Source: Nitrosopumilaceae archaeon (GTDB lineage: Archaea; Thermoproteota; Nitrososphaeria; Nitrososphaerales; Nitrosopumilaceae). From it: a stretch of 64,000 bases of DNA. Below, in pieces: positions 14,334 to 28,178 of the stretch (position 1 is the first letter of the stretch; each line of letters begins with the position of its first letter). The notes beneath the pieces were generated by a model, which was not told the DNA's origin, ran no database searches, and saw only the letters and a program-made list of their open reading frames with translations. The DNA is taken from contig CBDBMG010000003.1 in assembly GCA_965207375.1 (NCBI GenBank), positions 320,001 through 384,000 of the forward strand. The letters run 5' to 3'. Position numbers and translations under genes: made by a program.

Positions 14334-14772
14334 GTAAGTAATTACATTTATACTTATTTCACGTTACTATAATACTTGATAATGTGTATAGTAGCTATGT
14401 GTGTAGCTAGAAGGAATAAGACCTTTAGTGTTTACTACTCTTAGAATTCATAAGATAATAGAACAATAATAATGATGTAATAATTTATTCATATCAATCA
14501 TGACTGATAAGGAAGTCTCGTTTGTCACTTCTTTGTTAGCCATTAGTTTTTAATTTGTAACCAGTCTGGTACTTTGTTTATTGTATAAATTCTCAACACT
14601 ATAATGTACTGTTATGTCATAATATGTGTTCATATAGTAACATAAGCTTCACATTGTCATGACAACACTAGTGTAAATTTCTAGATCATTTTATTGTACA
14701 AACTACAATCATGGTATGTACGTATGTAGGCATGCAAAACTAACTAACCTCTGTTACAGATTGCTTTATACA

Positions 14773-15324
14773 CCATTCACGTGAAATGAAGTCTGAATAG
14801 CCAATCAAACAATGCCTACTGCCTTTCAGTTTCTCTGTACAGCACTTGCTATCTATACTGCTGATGGGTGGGTCCTTAGTAACAAAGCATGTCGTGTTTT
14901 ACTTCCAAAGAAGAGCAAGGTAATGCTGTATTTGCTGTTCATTACTCGGTAAAAGCCGTTTAACCAGTTCTACATTACTAACAAGATGGAGCGCTTCAGT
15001 TTTAAATGTGGGTGTGCCGTGCGGGTTGCGAAGCTTATAAAAGAAACTGGCCTATAGTGTTACAGTAAGAATTTTGGCATAAAACAACTTTCTACTACTT
15101 TCAAAAAGTTTTATCACTAAAGTACTGGAGCACAAAGTGGGTTTAAACAGAAGAATTAAATTCGCATGCGTTGCTATGTGTTCCTTAGTGATGAGTCTCT
15201 GCTCACGTGACTTACTGGTGAAGTCATTAAGGACTATTACAATGCATTGAATAACAGTAGATTAACAGTGTGTTAACTTACACACAGCGCCTGGTTTTTA
15301 GATGATAATACGTCAACTTGTTTA
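14773..15324 (+). mobile_element. Family A copy (5'-truncated)
   Basis: Ends cgcctggtttttagatgataatacgtcaacttgttt like the other copies. Confidence 0.8.
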
Positions 15325-15701
15325 TGTTAACTAAGCCTTGCTTTTACAAATAAATTTAACAATTACATTGTCATAATAAATGTTTGAATGTCTTTCAGTA
15401 CGGTCCTCCATCCTTTGCTTAATCTACGTACGTATTGTAGGTACGTATATATGTATTGAGGGCAAAGATTGAACACTATTTGCTTTTACATTACTGCATA
15501 CGTACGTACGTATGTGTTTGTTAAATCATATTATGTGATTTATAAACCAACACTGTATTACGTACATGTGCATACATGCATACATAATACCACATAGTTT
15601 CATATGGTGGAGTTAGACTAGTACAGTTGTGTAATTATTGATAAAGTGTATGTGTTGTGTTGACCTGATATAATTTATTGATAATTTATTATTATATGTA
15701 G

Positions 15702-15782
15702 CTTGATGATACTCCATTGAACAGAGCAATGAGAGGTCATCATACAAAAGTGGTACAATTCTTACTTTCTAAAGGAGCTAGA
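15702..15782 (+). CDS. Ankyrin-repeat exon B1
   Basis: AG acceptor, LDDTPLNRAMRGHHTKVVQFLLSKGAR (TPL...GH..VV.FLL..GA ankyrin consensus), GTGAGT donor, phase 0. Confidence 0.7.
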
Positions 15783-16061
15783 GTGAGTACAATACACATA
15801 TTATAATGTACTGTAAGGCTGTGAAACGTAATTAGTTTGTAGATATGCATGTGATCATGTTCACACTGAGACAGAATGGAGGTTTTATATTGTTATATTT
15901 GTGGTTGGATATGTTTCAATATAGGATTACGTATATTGGGTACTTTCTTATCAATTGGACTAGCTGAAGTGCTTAATAATATGGGTACCTGCAGTTTTGC
16001 ATAGTTTTAAATATAATATGCAGCTACGTATAAGTATCAAGGATAATGCCAACATAATATA

Positions 16062-16277
16062 CCGTATACCATGAAAGTTTCGAGACAGAAAAGTTTCGTG
16101 GATTTTGCGGTTTTTTGGTGCTCCGCGAAGCTTTTTTCCATGAAAATATTTCAGTTGCTATTGAAAATCGGGTACTTATAGCTATAACTATGGGAATCCG
16201 TGAAAGTTTTTTTGTGAAGATCTGTGTGATGCATTGACCGCGAAGGTTTTTTGCCTCGAAACTTTCATGGTATACGG
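16062..16277. mobile_element. TA-flanked Tc1/mariner-type MITE
   Basis: 23-bp perfect TIR ccgtataccatgaaagtttcgag; TA on both sides. Confidence 0.85.
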
Positions 16278-18136
16278 TAAGTGTTTGGCTAGGTATTGTA
16301 TTTATAGAAATGAGCAAATTTTTATACTAATATTGATTTGCTCTAATAAAACAGTCACAATTAAATAGCTGGAAATTTTCAATACATTGAAAACTTCAAA
16401 AGTTCAACAATGTGTCAGTTATCACTGTATAGTCGGTCTATTTCAAAAATTAATGTACGTAGAATAACTACATGTTTATTGTTTTTGATAGATCAATGTA
16501 CTTAACACTTTAGTAGCTATGTTATATGGCTTCCTCCACACTTGACGTGATGTTTATAAGCTTATCTACAAGAATGACCGGCCTGGATAGCACAAAATTG
16601 CTTCCTCTGATTCTGCATTATGCTCGATTGTGCCTACTGTTAACTAGCATAAAATATTTGTTATAAAACCTTAACTGTTTTATTAGAGTATTCACTTATC
16701 CCAAATACTACTGTTAGTTTTCGCATCATCTATGTTACTATGGTTCCAACAATGATGTCACAATTTCATGTGGATAGGCATCCACGCACTTAAATGGCTT
16801 CACGTGGAACCACAAAAATCTATTGTGTGCCACCACATACTAGTTCATAGAAGTCTTGGGGATGAGACTAGTATGGATGTACTGTACTTGCACATATCGT
16901 ATATTAACGTGATGACATGTACGTATGTACGTAGATCATCTGCTGACTTAGTCTTGCATAGTCAGACCAATTTACAGACCAACCACTTATTGCTGTTCAG
17001 ATTATAAGCACCAGCTGTAATATGATCTGATGACATTCCGATTCTTCAGTGTACTAGTGCAGTGTGCTAGCTAATTAAGTACATTTCAATGAAGTCACCG
17101 GGAATATGTATAATGTATTTCTAGTATTAGTCTGTTTGCATGGAGTTAACTGGGATGTTTCATTAAACTATTAATGGGACACATTGACAAACTTGTCACT
17201 CTAATAACAGTAATAGATAAGGCTGTAAGCATAGTTGTGATGTTGAATACCCTTTGGAACTTATTCACAAGTTTCTTTGTAGTTTTTAAGCTGTGAAATC
17301 TTCAACTACGTAGTCCTGGGCAATATTGAAAAGTTAAGATGTCAATACGATATGAGAAAATATCATAATACACTGATATCCACAATATTTCCTGTGTGGT
17401 GCTAAAATAACATCCTTATACTAATCCACGATATTATCGTGGAGCATAATTCCATACTCGATAGTGTTATAATATCATGATATGATTAAATTTTGATATA
17501 CGTACATATTATTGCCCTCTATAACCTGCACATGTCACTAAACCATCCATGATACTCTGTTAATCACAATGAAAGTTGCCATTTTATTAAAGTATGTATG
17601 AGTAGAATACCCATCAGAATGACTGAAGTGTTGCAATGTCACCAGACCATATTACAGCTGGTGCTTATAATTGAACACCAATAAGAATACAATAGTGTTT
17701 ATATGCACACTTTGTTTTGTAATTGATTTGTTATCAAACAAGTAATATAGACTTTCTATAAAAGTGGTCAGGTAATACCTGACCAACCTAACTGGTGGCT
17801 ACAGCCCTGTCTACTGGTAACAATATTGGGATGAGTGTTATAGTTATATTATATAATAACAGTGACAAGGTATGTAATTATAATGTTACGTACATACATA
17901 GTCAAATCTTTAAATTAGGCCTAAAATGAATATCAAATTGGTGTGTGAATAGCTTGAATGGTAAGGCAATGAATATTCTGAACAGTTGCAATATGCCATT
18001 TTACTATAAAATTGCTTGATTCATGCTGAAAATAATATAATTAATTTAATTTCCAAACTAGTTAAAAATTAGTGGCAAAATATGCTAGAATTTATACATA
18101 AAGTCTTTTGTTGTATATGTATGTATGTATAAATAC

Positions 18137-18786
18137 TTTTTAAACCAGGCGGACACCAGCCTTTTTCCTGATTTCTTGAATTCAAACTGCTTTTGTTTGG
18201 GAAGTTGGTGTGTATGTGTGTGTCTTTGTGTTTCTGTGTATGCATGTGCGTCTGCCTGTGTGTCCGCACCCAAGCTATTATAATCATTCATGTGAAATGA
18301 AGCCTGAGTAGCCAATCAAAAAAGTTCTACTGCCTTTCAAATAATTTGACAATTACAGTCGATGGGTAATGAAGCATGTCATGATTTCCTGCTAAAGAAG
18401 TGTAAGTTAATGCTGTATTTGCTGTTCATTTCACAGTAAAAGGCATTTAACCAGCTGTACATTACTAGCAAGATGCAGTTTTAAAAGTGGGAGTGCCATG
18501 CAAGTTGTGAAGCTTATAAAAGGAGACTGGCCTATATAGTCAAAAAGAATTTCGGCTAAAACAACTTACTACGTACTTTATCAATGAAGTACTGGAGTGT
18601 ACTGCTGGTTTAAACAAAAGAATTAAATTTGTATGCGTTGCTATGTGTTCCTTAGTAATGAATCTTTGCTCACATGATATACTTGTGATGTCATTAAATA
18701 CTATTACAATACATTGAATAGCAGTTGATTAACAGTGGTTTAACTTACACAGCGCATGCTTTTTTGATGTTAAAACATCAACTTTT
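18137..18786 (+). mobile_element. Family A, near full-length copy (DINE/HINE-like)
   Basis: Starts tttttaaaccaggcg, has a GT-rich microsatellite and ends in the shared gatg..catcaact terminus. Confidence 0.75.
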
Positions 18787-19385
18787 TGGTATAGGAATAC
18801 CAGCTTAATCAAGTGAATATGCGAACTATTTGAATGTTTGTTTTAGGTGACCACAGCATATTTAGACATTTTAAAAGTGTTGTAGCTAAGAAACAGTTAG
18901 TGATATTTCTAAATGTCATTTTGCTGCTCCTTAGGTTGCTTAACCTGGTTAATCCCTATTATGAAGCACTGACATACATAGCTCATAATAAACTGAAAAT
19001 CATCACTTAGGGTAACAATACAATTAATCATCACTTAGGTATATATTCAATTAATGCACATCATACTCTAGAGGCACTTACTGTATGCATGCCTTAAGCC
19101 GATTTTTTTGATGTTAGGTTAATTTAGCAATTTTCAATTTCGAAGATTTAGTGTTTTCAATTTTGGCGATTTTGGCAATATCTGTGTCCAGCTACCGTTA
19201 GTATAATTAGCGCATAGAAATTTTAGCAAATTAGTCACTACTTGCCAACTTCGCCAAAATGAAGTTGCGTTTAATATACTTAGCTTAATTTATATATATA
19301 CGTATATATACATATACGTATGTGTGTGTGTGTGCATATGTACGTATGTATGTCACATTGTTGTCATCTACTGTACTCATTGTAG

Positions 19386-19486
19386 TATAACATTGGTGGG
19401 TTGATTCAAGCTACTCGTGATGGTCGACTGGAGGATGTCAAGAGGAACATCTCCAGAATGGAGTGGATGTTAATTGGACAAATAGT
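19386..19486 (+). pseudogene. Ankyrin-repeat exon A2 with a 2-bp frameshift
   Basis: AG...GTAAGT bounded and 101 nt long (99+2): YNIGGLIQATRDGRLEDVK/fs/EHLQNGVDVNWTNS. Confidence 0.75.
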
Positions 19487-19843
19487 GTAAGTAACTACAT
19501 TTATACTTATTTCACGTTACTATAATACTTGATAATGTGTATAGTAGCTATGTGTGTAGCTAGAAGGTATAAGATCTTTAGTGTTTACTACTCAAAAATT
19601 AAAGATTTTGTAACAGCTTTAAAATTACAATAAAAATAGTTCTCATAGAGTTCATAAGATAATAGAACAATAATAATGATGTAATAATTTATTCATATCA
19701 ATCATGACTGATAAGGAAGTCTCGTTTGTCACTTCTTTGTTAGCCATTAGTTTTTAATTTGTAACCAGTCTGGTACTTTGTTTATTGTATAAATTCTCAA
19801 CACTATAATGTACTGTTATGTCATAATATGTGTTCATATAATA

Positions 19844-20515
19844 TGGTACAGCTCAAAGGCAACTTGATGCCTGCACGCGGGTTGCCAGGTGAACACGCGC
19901 GGGTGAACTTACACGCGGACCCGGGTGCAGATGCCCGTAATGTTTTTCACCAACCCGTGGGCACCCAGTTTCTTAAATACAATAATACTCACCGTTGTAC
20001 AAGCAACCTTTGCTGCATTGTTTATTCACAGTAGTCTGTGAATCCTTGAGCGAGTCCTCAAGGGTTATTATCAATTAATCTAACGACGCGCATAACTAGG
20101 TAAGGTGCTTATAAGTATAAGACCCCATGCGCATTATGAAAGAATATAATATTTTAGTCGGTTCTCAAAGTAAATCATGGTGATACAACTAGCTACCCTT
20201 CTTCTTGTCTCGATTTATAAGCAAGGCATGGTAGTACAACCGATTGATATGCAAACTAGAAGGTATAAAACTGGCCAGTACGTTAGAATTGAACTACGTA
20301 TATATATACATCGACATAAACAAGTGTATATTAAGCTAACCATACAAACCTGCATGAAGAACTGGGGAAGGTGGAGAGTAACCAGCATCATTACTTGTTA
20401 CAGTTATACTCTGGCGTGCATGTATGTGTGCACACGCAAACCAGGGCGCGTGCAACAAGAGAGAGACACGCATGTAAAATACCTGCGTGAATCAAGTTCC
20501 CTTTGAGCTGTGCCG
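19844..20515. mobile_element. TA-flanked non-autonomous TIR element
   Basis: TIRs tggtacagctcaaaggcaacttgat / atcaagttccctttgagctgtgccg; absent from the paralogous intron at ~14635. Confidence 0.8.
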
Positions 20516-20932
20516 TAGTAACACAGACTTCACATTGTCATGACAACATTAGTGTAAATTTGTAGAGCACAAAATACAAACTCATATTCAAGTACTTTAA
20601 TTTTTGATTGACTGGATGAATTATACATAGCATACATATTTTATTAAGTACCTACGTAGTATTCTACATACAGTATGTAGCTATAACTACGTATGGAGGG
20701 TAAAGATTGAACACTATTTTCTTTTTCCTTACATTATGTTGTTTGCTGGTAGTATTATTTGAAGGATGATTTTGCTTAGTCAAATATCTGATAGTGTCCG
20801 CTGAACACATGATTTATGCATCAGCTAAATATACATACGTACATACATAGACTAGTAATTATTGTGTTATCAGTTATTGTGTTTGTGTGTGGTGTTGACC
20901 TGTTATCATTTATTGATTATGTTTTGTTATAG

Positions 20933-21031
20933 AGTGGTAATACTCCACTGTCCAGTGCGGCATTATGTGGACATGCAAATGTTATTGAATTTCTATTATC
21001 TAATGGAGCTAAAGGAGATAGAAGGGAAATA
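20933..21031 (+). CDS. Ankyrin-repeat exon B2 (99 nt, one repeat)
   Basis: AG acceptor, SGNTPLSSAALCGHANVIEFLLSNGAKGDRREI, GTGAGT donor. Confidence 0.8.
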
Positions 21032-21311
21032 GTGAGTATAATATAATACTGCTGAATATGTAGTTTATATGTATGTAGATATGTACGTTTGCATGTGATC
21101 ACGTACATATTGAGAGACTGATATACAGTGTAAAAGAAGTTAATAATTGTTCTGATGTCAAAATTATACATTTTCTTATTTTCACACATATATTAGGCTT
21201 AGTATATTAATTAATAAAATACGTACTTTAAGGACTGTAGTATGACTGTAAATCCTTTAACAGAGTGTATGGTGATGGAGTGGAAATACAGTTGACAAAA
21301 TTATTTGTTGT

Positions 21312-21582
21312 CAGGGATGTGCCCACAGCGGTCGGCAGTGGTCGGCCCCGACCACCACTCTGATAAAATAACCACCACTCAGATAAAATGACCACCACTA
21401 AAAACTCACTGACCAGTACTAAAATATCAGCAAGAATGAAATGCTTAGTCTTGCTAGCCACTTTACACAAAATAAAGTGTCTACAGGGAATCCTAAACAC
21501 AATTTGAGCATATATATTAAAGTTTGGAGATTTAAAACCGCTTTATGTAACCACCACTCTCCTAAACCTGGGCACATCCCTG
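21312..21582. mobile_element. CAGGG-ended MITE with a 6-bp TSD
   Basis: TIRs cagggatgtgccca / tgggcacatccctg; TGTTGT on both sides. Confidence 0.8.
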
Positions 21583-22587
21583 TGTTGTAGATTATTTTAA
21601 ATGACATATTCGTAGCTAGCCGTAATTTTTGAAGGCTCCAATTTCCAAATATTTTGAGGTTATTATGTTTACCTTGAATTGCTTGAAAATTTTATCCTTA
21701 AATTTTTTGTAGAAAGTCAGTTATATCTTTAAAAATTTGTGCCACGTTGCGTTTATTACACAATGAGCACACTGCAAAGTATACTGAAGTACGTACTTTA
21801 AGCACAATTCAACGTCACCTAACCCAACAGTGCCTTCATCAGAAGTCGTAAAGACACCAGTAATGCAGTATCTTGAAACGTTTGTACCAGGGGGCAATTA
21901 ATATGCATTGAGCATGCTGTGAGGTACACTGAAGTACTTTAAGCATTAGTCAACCAGCAGGGTAAGGCTTTCATCAAAAGTTGTGCCCAGTAAAGGAATA
22001 AAGACAACTAACAATAGGGTAATTCCATATCAGTTCACCAAAGTTTTGCAAATGACCCCCTTAGAATAGGACGAAATTTGGTGTGTGGGTAGTCCAGGTA
22101 GTCATATGTGTCCCAAAAGAATTTCACGCCCATTGCTTGTATGGCTTTCACAAAATGGCCTATTAAATATTCTACTATTTTGTTATTTTGCAGTACCTGT
22201 GACCATTCAAAGCATCATAACTTGGGCAATTTTCATTATTTTGAAAAACGAATTGCACCACTTTGAAGCTGAAAGAATAAGCTTTCATTTGGTATGTTTA
22301 ACAAATTAATTTGACGAAGTTGATAATTAGGTACGTCTCCTAATCTTTGACCTTTGCTCTATCAAAAAGTGCTGATTGGAATTTTTTGTTACTTTTTGTA
22401 GATACTTGCTAGACATTCACCTATTAGTTGTAAAAGTTTCAGTTTGGGGTCTCCATGGGATTACGAGATAGGTGCTCTTATGTAGCGGTGTGTATGGTAT
22501 TATAGCAGAAATCCTATGCAGTATTGCACACCTTGAAGCCCATTCTGCTGATTTAAGTTTGCAGACACACAAGACTCTGTAAGTTAA

Positions 22588-22884
22588 ATGCTAAACAAAA
22601 ACAGCCTGGCTGTAAAAAAAGTGCGTGGCCAATCAGAAGCCACAAATATAAGCGACCAAAACCTCTGATATCAAGTAAGGCCAAGAAATTGAACATTTTA
22701 TTAAGAATCTTTTTACTTGAATGACATACAATAGTTTACAGGGCATTTTCACAACTATGATTGGCTTTGTCACTTGGCCACCTTGTTGCTATTTTTATTG
22801 ATATCAGAGGTTTTGGTCGCTTATATTTGTGGCTTCTGATTGGCCTCGCACTTTTTTACAGCCAGGCTGTTTTTGTTTAGCATA
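22588..22884. repeat. Inverted repeat with ~87-bp arms inside the Sola2 element
   Basis: atgctaaacaaaaacagcctggc...ctgatatcaa and its reverse complement ~120 bp downstream. Confidence 0.85.
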
Positions 22885-24206
22885 TCACTGCTTTTTGTAA
22901 ATATTCAAAAACAGATTATATACTATAAACAAGTCCTGACAAGAAACCTTATATAAAGTATGCAGAGTAATAAAATTTTAAAGGGGAGAGGAGGAAGTTA
23001 ATATTTTGGGTATTTCCCTTGTATTCCCCCAAATAACTAATGAACATTATAAAGTATGTGTTATTATAATATAATTGTTAGCTATGTAAGTGGAGAACAG
23101 TTGAGAACTTCAATGAAGGCTACATCATTGCCATCCTCTATTGTTGATTGATCTACAGGAGAAGACAATTAATATTATAGTGCAAAATATTGTAGTGACA
23201 GTGGTCTCCTATTTATAATGTGTGGCAACTGTTCACCTCTTGTTGTTTGGTATAATTATCATGGCACATTAACATGAATGAAATCGTTAAAGGCTAATTT
23301 TGATAAACTGAAGTGTCATAATTTCTTTAAACTTATCCTGAAGATTCATATATCGATATAGCTTGTGTATCTGAAATTTCATTCAAATGATTTAGAGGGG
23401 GTCCGAGTTATGGAAACTATCAACATACAGTGTAAAAGTATCTCTCAAATACATTGAGGTATTTGCTTAATGCTGAAAGTTGTTTGTCTGGTAGAGCATA
23501 CATAGGAGAAGTGTTGATACAAATTTGGTTGAAATCCATGCAGAAATGAGTGAGTTATTAGACAAACAAGTGTATGTACTAAATGAGTGTTTTAAATATA
23601 AATTCCGGGATTCACGCCGGGGGTCACGCAAGCCCACGAAAAGTGTGCGATGAAAATAAAAGAAAGAAAGAAAGAAAAAGAAAACGACGGCCGCGTAATA
23701 ATTTTTTTACTGGAAGGAGGACTTTATAAGGCTGTATCAGAAGACTGGCTGGTCCGATTTCGATAAACTTTGGGTTACTGATTCTACATTAAATGAAGGT
23801 ACTAATTCTCTAATTAACGAGCGAAAAGGGGCGGGGCAGATGGTTCGTCGTGCGTTGTCGCAAAACGAGCGCCATAAAACTCGCAATGGCTGATACTCAG
23901 GAATGGAGGCAGCTATTTACTTCATTGTTGGTATATTGATTCTATATAGTAAGAACGTACTAGGTCCGTAATAACTAAGCGGTAGCTTTTATGGCGGATT
24001 ATTTACAGCGTCTGCGAATTTTTGAGCGGTGCTACCTGTAAATAACTCACTCGTTCGTCGCGTACGGCTGCTTCTTCTTGGCCTCGCAACTCACTATCGT
24101 GAGTCTTGATGTACACATAAAGAATTTGTAACAAAGGCATGTAATACAAGTTTATTACTGCGGTGAGCTGTTTGGTAGCAAAAGTCATTTCTTTTTTGTC
24201 GAAGAG

Positions 24207-24550
24207 TAGGCTTGAGACTAATGTGCTGGCATAATTTTAAGAATAACAGGTAGCAATTTTAGTAATAATTCTAGAATTATAGGGTCTTTATGTGCACAAT
24301 TCTGGACATTCATGAGCATAATGTAAGAATAATCAATTAATCATTGGCATTTTAAAAAGATTTTTATTCTTTGGACATCAGCAGCTCAGTTTCTGAATAG
24401 TTTCATATGCATTTTGGATATTATTTTTACTGACTCAGTAAAATTAATAGAGGAACAATAGATGATAATTTGGGAATAAATTAAGAATAATGGGTAAAAT
24501 TTTTGGGAAATTCGGAAAGGAAATTTTTGAACATAATAGGCTCGAGCCTA
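24207..24550. mobile_element. hAT-type MITE nested in the Sola2 element
   Basis: TIRs taggcttgag / ctcgagccta; 8-bp TSD TCGAAGAG / TCAAAGAG (1 mismatch). Confidence 0.7.
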
Positions 24551-24649
24551 TCAAAGAGTACACACGACCACTTCTTGTTCTTAGGTCTACGAGAGTTAGA
24601 ATGTATCCACTGGTATAGTATGGATATTCTGGGTCTCTGGGTACTTGAA

Positions 24650-26685
24650 CAAGTTCGATGGAACATGTGGATGCAGAAACACCACCTTAGTGTCACTGCA
24701 AACTTCAAGCACACAAGCTAACCACCAATTCTCTTCTAGTGACAAACACAGCAATCGATCACGGTGGTATTTCATTCTTTGCTAGAGCTACTCTCTTTTT
24801 CCTGGAAACATGAGTAAAATTTGACTTCCACTGTGCTATCTGAGATCGATACAAAAGAGTGCAGTTTTCTCGTACCAGGGATTGTACGTGAGAGTTGAAA
24901 GCAACATTCCAAACTATTCTGTTCTCTCACATAATCTTCATTGCTACAATACCCAAAGTAAGCAGCAGGTATGTTGCTACATGCCCAATCGAACAACCAA
25001 CGTGGTGTCATTAGCTGGTCATTGTATGGCATTTGCAAGCTGGCACGAGCTGCTTGTCGCTTGACTATTCCATCCATCACATGCCCCCTTTCCATGTGAA
25101 ATGGCTGAAAAATACCATTCAGCTTTGACTCCAAAATCATCTTCCTATTTTTGTACTGCAGTGCAGCACCATCAGAAAAATAGACTATCTTCTTAGGGTG
25201 CAATCTAGCTGGTAGCAACTCTTTCAGAAAGGTCTTTGAAAAAGGTGAACAGCTACAGTATCATGGTGGAGACAGTCAGAAATCACCATGCACCTCACAT
25301 GGTGTATCTCTTCCGAATCCAGGTAGTAGGCAACAAAGGGGTGCAGGGTTACTTGGGATTTATTCCAATGGAACCCTTGGTCAGCATCTTACAAAACGAA
25401 AGAGTAATTTTCCAAAAAATCTGCAGTAATCAGGAACTCTCCTGTCTTCAAAGTAGCCTTATAAGATGCATAGAATTATGCCTACTCTTTTGCAATGGAT
25501 GAATGGGGACACAATAGTTCTATGTATCTTCTTGCAGAAAGTATCAGCAAATTCCTCAACTGGTGAACAAAATGTCTCCAGTGTAGATCTATTGGTGGAG
25601 ACCAACTGCTTGTAGACAATCTGTTCAACGTCAATCTCATCAAAGTGAATGAGCAGCTCTTCTTTCAACGTTTCGATCTCAGAACGGGCATCACATTCAC
25701 CCAAGTAGCATCTAGGAAGTGGAGGATTACATATTATCTTCGCCAAACAGTAGTGGTATGTTGGTAGCTCAGTTATCTGCATCTCCTGGACCAATGACAT
25801 CAACTTCACATTATGATGTATTGTATACACACATACTGAGTGAGTACCACTCGTTCCTGCTAAAACACAATGTTTACGTAGGTCTCAATTTTGAGAACCC
25901 AATTTTGCAATCTGGAAATCTCTCCTTGAACTAATGGTACACCCCTCTCAAATTGCTCAAAACCAGTCACTTTTGAATATACTTACGTTTTCTCTCCTTC
26001 ACCGATACGAAATCCTTCTTTCCAGGCATTACACGACTGATGTCATCAGATTCATAGAAGCTACAAACATCAGTAACTGTTTCTGATGGCAGCGAAAGTT
26101 CGCATGATGGATCAGGAAAGGAAAGAATGCCTCCTTCCTCTACCAGCTTCTTTGACTGTTGTGCCAAATACTCTGAAACACCAAACTCCTGCTGTACTTT
26201 CTTCACTGACCAACTCTTTGGTAAAACTGTTAGCACTTGAACTTGTTTCCCAAACCTTCTCTTTCAGTTGTTGGATCATCTCAGTTCATCATTAATACGT
26301 GCCCCTGTGATAATTGTACACTGCAAAGCTTCAGTGATCTTCTTCACCTTCTGTCTGCAGTAGGTCTTTAACTGGGCTCTACTCTGAGAAAAGGGTGTCT
26401 CACCGATTTCTACTAGACACACATTGAGTGAAGATACTGCTTCTGAACTGTAAGGATCAGATTCTGTTGCTTGTGAGCTAGGAAGAGTAGGAGGATCAAG
26501 CTCAGAGGTGACAGACTCGGTAGCATCCGACGACTCCTTGCTTAGCATCTTCCTGCATGTGTCACAGATCTTCATTCCAATGGTAATATGTCACACATCC
26601 AGGCTGTGACAGATCTGAGATTCTTCCTACGGCTACTCCAGGTATGATCAGGTATGTCAAACGGATTGCAACAGGACTGAGCCAT
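24650..26685 (-). pseudogene. Sola2-like DDD transposase pseudogene
   Basis: MAQSCCNPF...ICDTCR N-terminus, FYESDDISRVMPGKKDFVSV, C..C, YFSDGAALQYKNRK, frameshifted HGKGACDG and VKRQAARASLQ...IPGTRKLHSF. Many frameshifts. Confidence 0.75.
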
Positions 26686-27861
26686 GTAGTGCTAGTGTGT
26701 GCATACATGTTTTGTGCATCTGCAAACCTAAATCAGCAGAATGGGCTTCAAGGTGTGCAATACTGCATGGGATTTCTGCTATAATACCATACACACCGCT
26801 ACATAAGAACACCTATCTCGTAATCCCATGGAGACCCCAAACTGAAACTTTTACAACTAATTGGTGAATGTCTAGCAAGTATCTACAAAAAGTAACAAAA
26901 AATTCCAATCAGCACTTTTTGATAGATCAAAGGTCAAAGATTAGGAGACATGCCTAATTATCAACTTCGTCAAATTAATTTGTTAAACATACCAAATGAA
27001 AGCTTATTCTTTCAGCTTCAAAGTGGTGCAATTCGTTTTTCAAAATAATGAAAATTGCCCAAGTTATGATGCTTTGAATGGTCACAGGTGCAGCAAAATA
27101 ACAAAAAGTAGAATATTCAATGGGCAATTTTGGGGAAGCCATACAAGCAATGGGGATGAAATTCCTTTGGGACACATATGACCACCTGGGCTACCCACAC
27201 ACCGAATTTCATCCAATTCTGAGAGGGTCATGTGCAAAACTTTGGTGAACTGATATGGAATTACCCAATATCAAATTCAACTACAGTACTACCACACCAT
27301 AGACATTGTGAACATTATGGCTATCCTTATAACACCTTAACTGCTTTTCAACTGTAGGTTCCAAGGTATCTTAATGTACGTATGTAACAAAATTGAAAGT
27401 GTAAGAGATGCTCATCTTCATCTCTAGGACTGTCACATGTAACTAAATGTGAGGATAAGCAGTAAGCATCAATAGGAAACCTTTGATGTCATTTTCATAA
27501 ACCTTAAAAACTTTATTACAAAAATTTAAAAAACCTCTAGCCCTTGAAGTTTTGTGGCTACACAGTATAGGTATACAATTTTGCTATTGGAATGTAAAGC
27601 TATTAAACACTGCAATGCTTAATGATAATTTATAGCATAAGTTGTACAATTATTTTTTTATAAAATAAACATATCCTTATTACTCTTGGTTAATGTACAT
27701 CATACTCTAGAAGCATTTACTGTCATGCAGCTTACAAACCTTGTACGGTACTAGGGATAGAAACTATGAATAGGCTTGTTTTGTGTACTTACATAACCCC
27801 AGGTTTCTTTATTCTTGCTCACAACTAAACATCTTAGTATTCTTAATCTATATTCAATTAA

Positions 27862-28178
27862 AAATGGAGCACTTCAGTTTATACAAGTAAGCGTACCATG
27901 CGGGTAGCAAAGCTTATAAAAGAATAATGATCTATAGTGTTACAGCAACTTTATGCTACTTTTAAAAAGTTTTTGACTAAAAAACTGGAGTATAAAACTA
28001 GTTTAAGCAGAAGAATTAAATTTGTATGCATTGCTACATATGTCTTCCCTAGTGATGAATCTTTGCTCACGTGACTTACTCGTGACATCATTGAATATTA
28101 TTACAATACATTGAATAGAATTCGATCAAGTTACACATGCAGTGCCTGGTTTTTAGATGATAAAACATCAACTTGTTT
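27862..28178 (+). mobile_element. Family A 3' fragment
   Basis: Ends tgcctggtttttagatgataaaacatcaacttgttt. Confidence 0.7.

Larger units (their letters stand above)
22017..27266 (-). mobile_element. Sola2-type DNA transposon (decayed)
   Basis: ~560-bp TIRs (22017-22575, 26709-27266), GGG...CCC termini, 4-bp TSD AATA and an internal transposase remnant. Confidence 0.8.

Noticed and set aside
22085-22309. Two similar ORFs (22085..22309 and 26975..27175) as duplicated genes
   Set aside because: They are translations of the two Sola2 TIRs.
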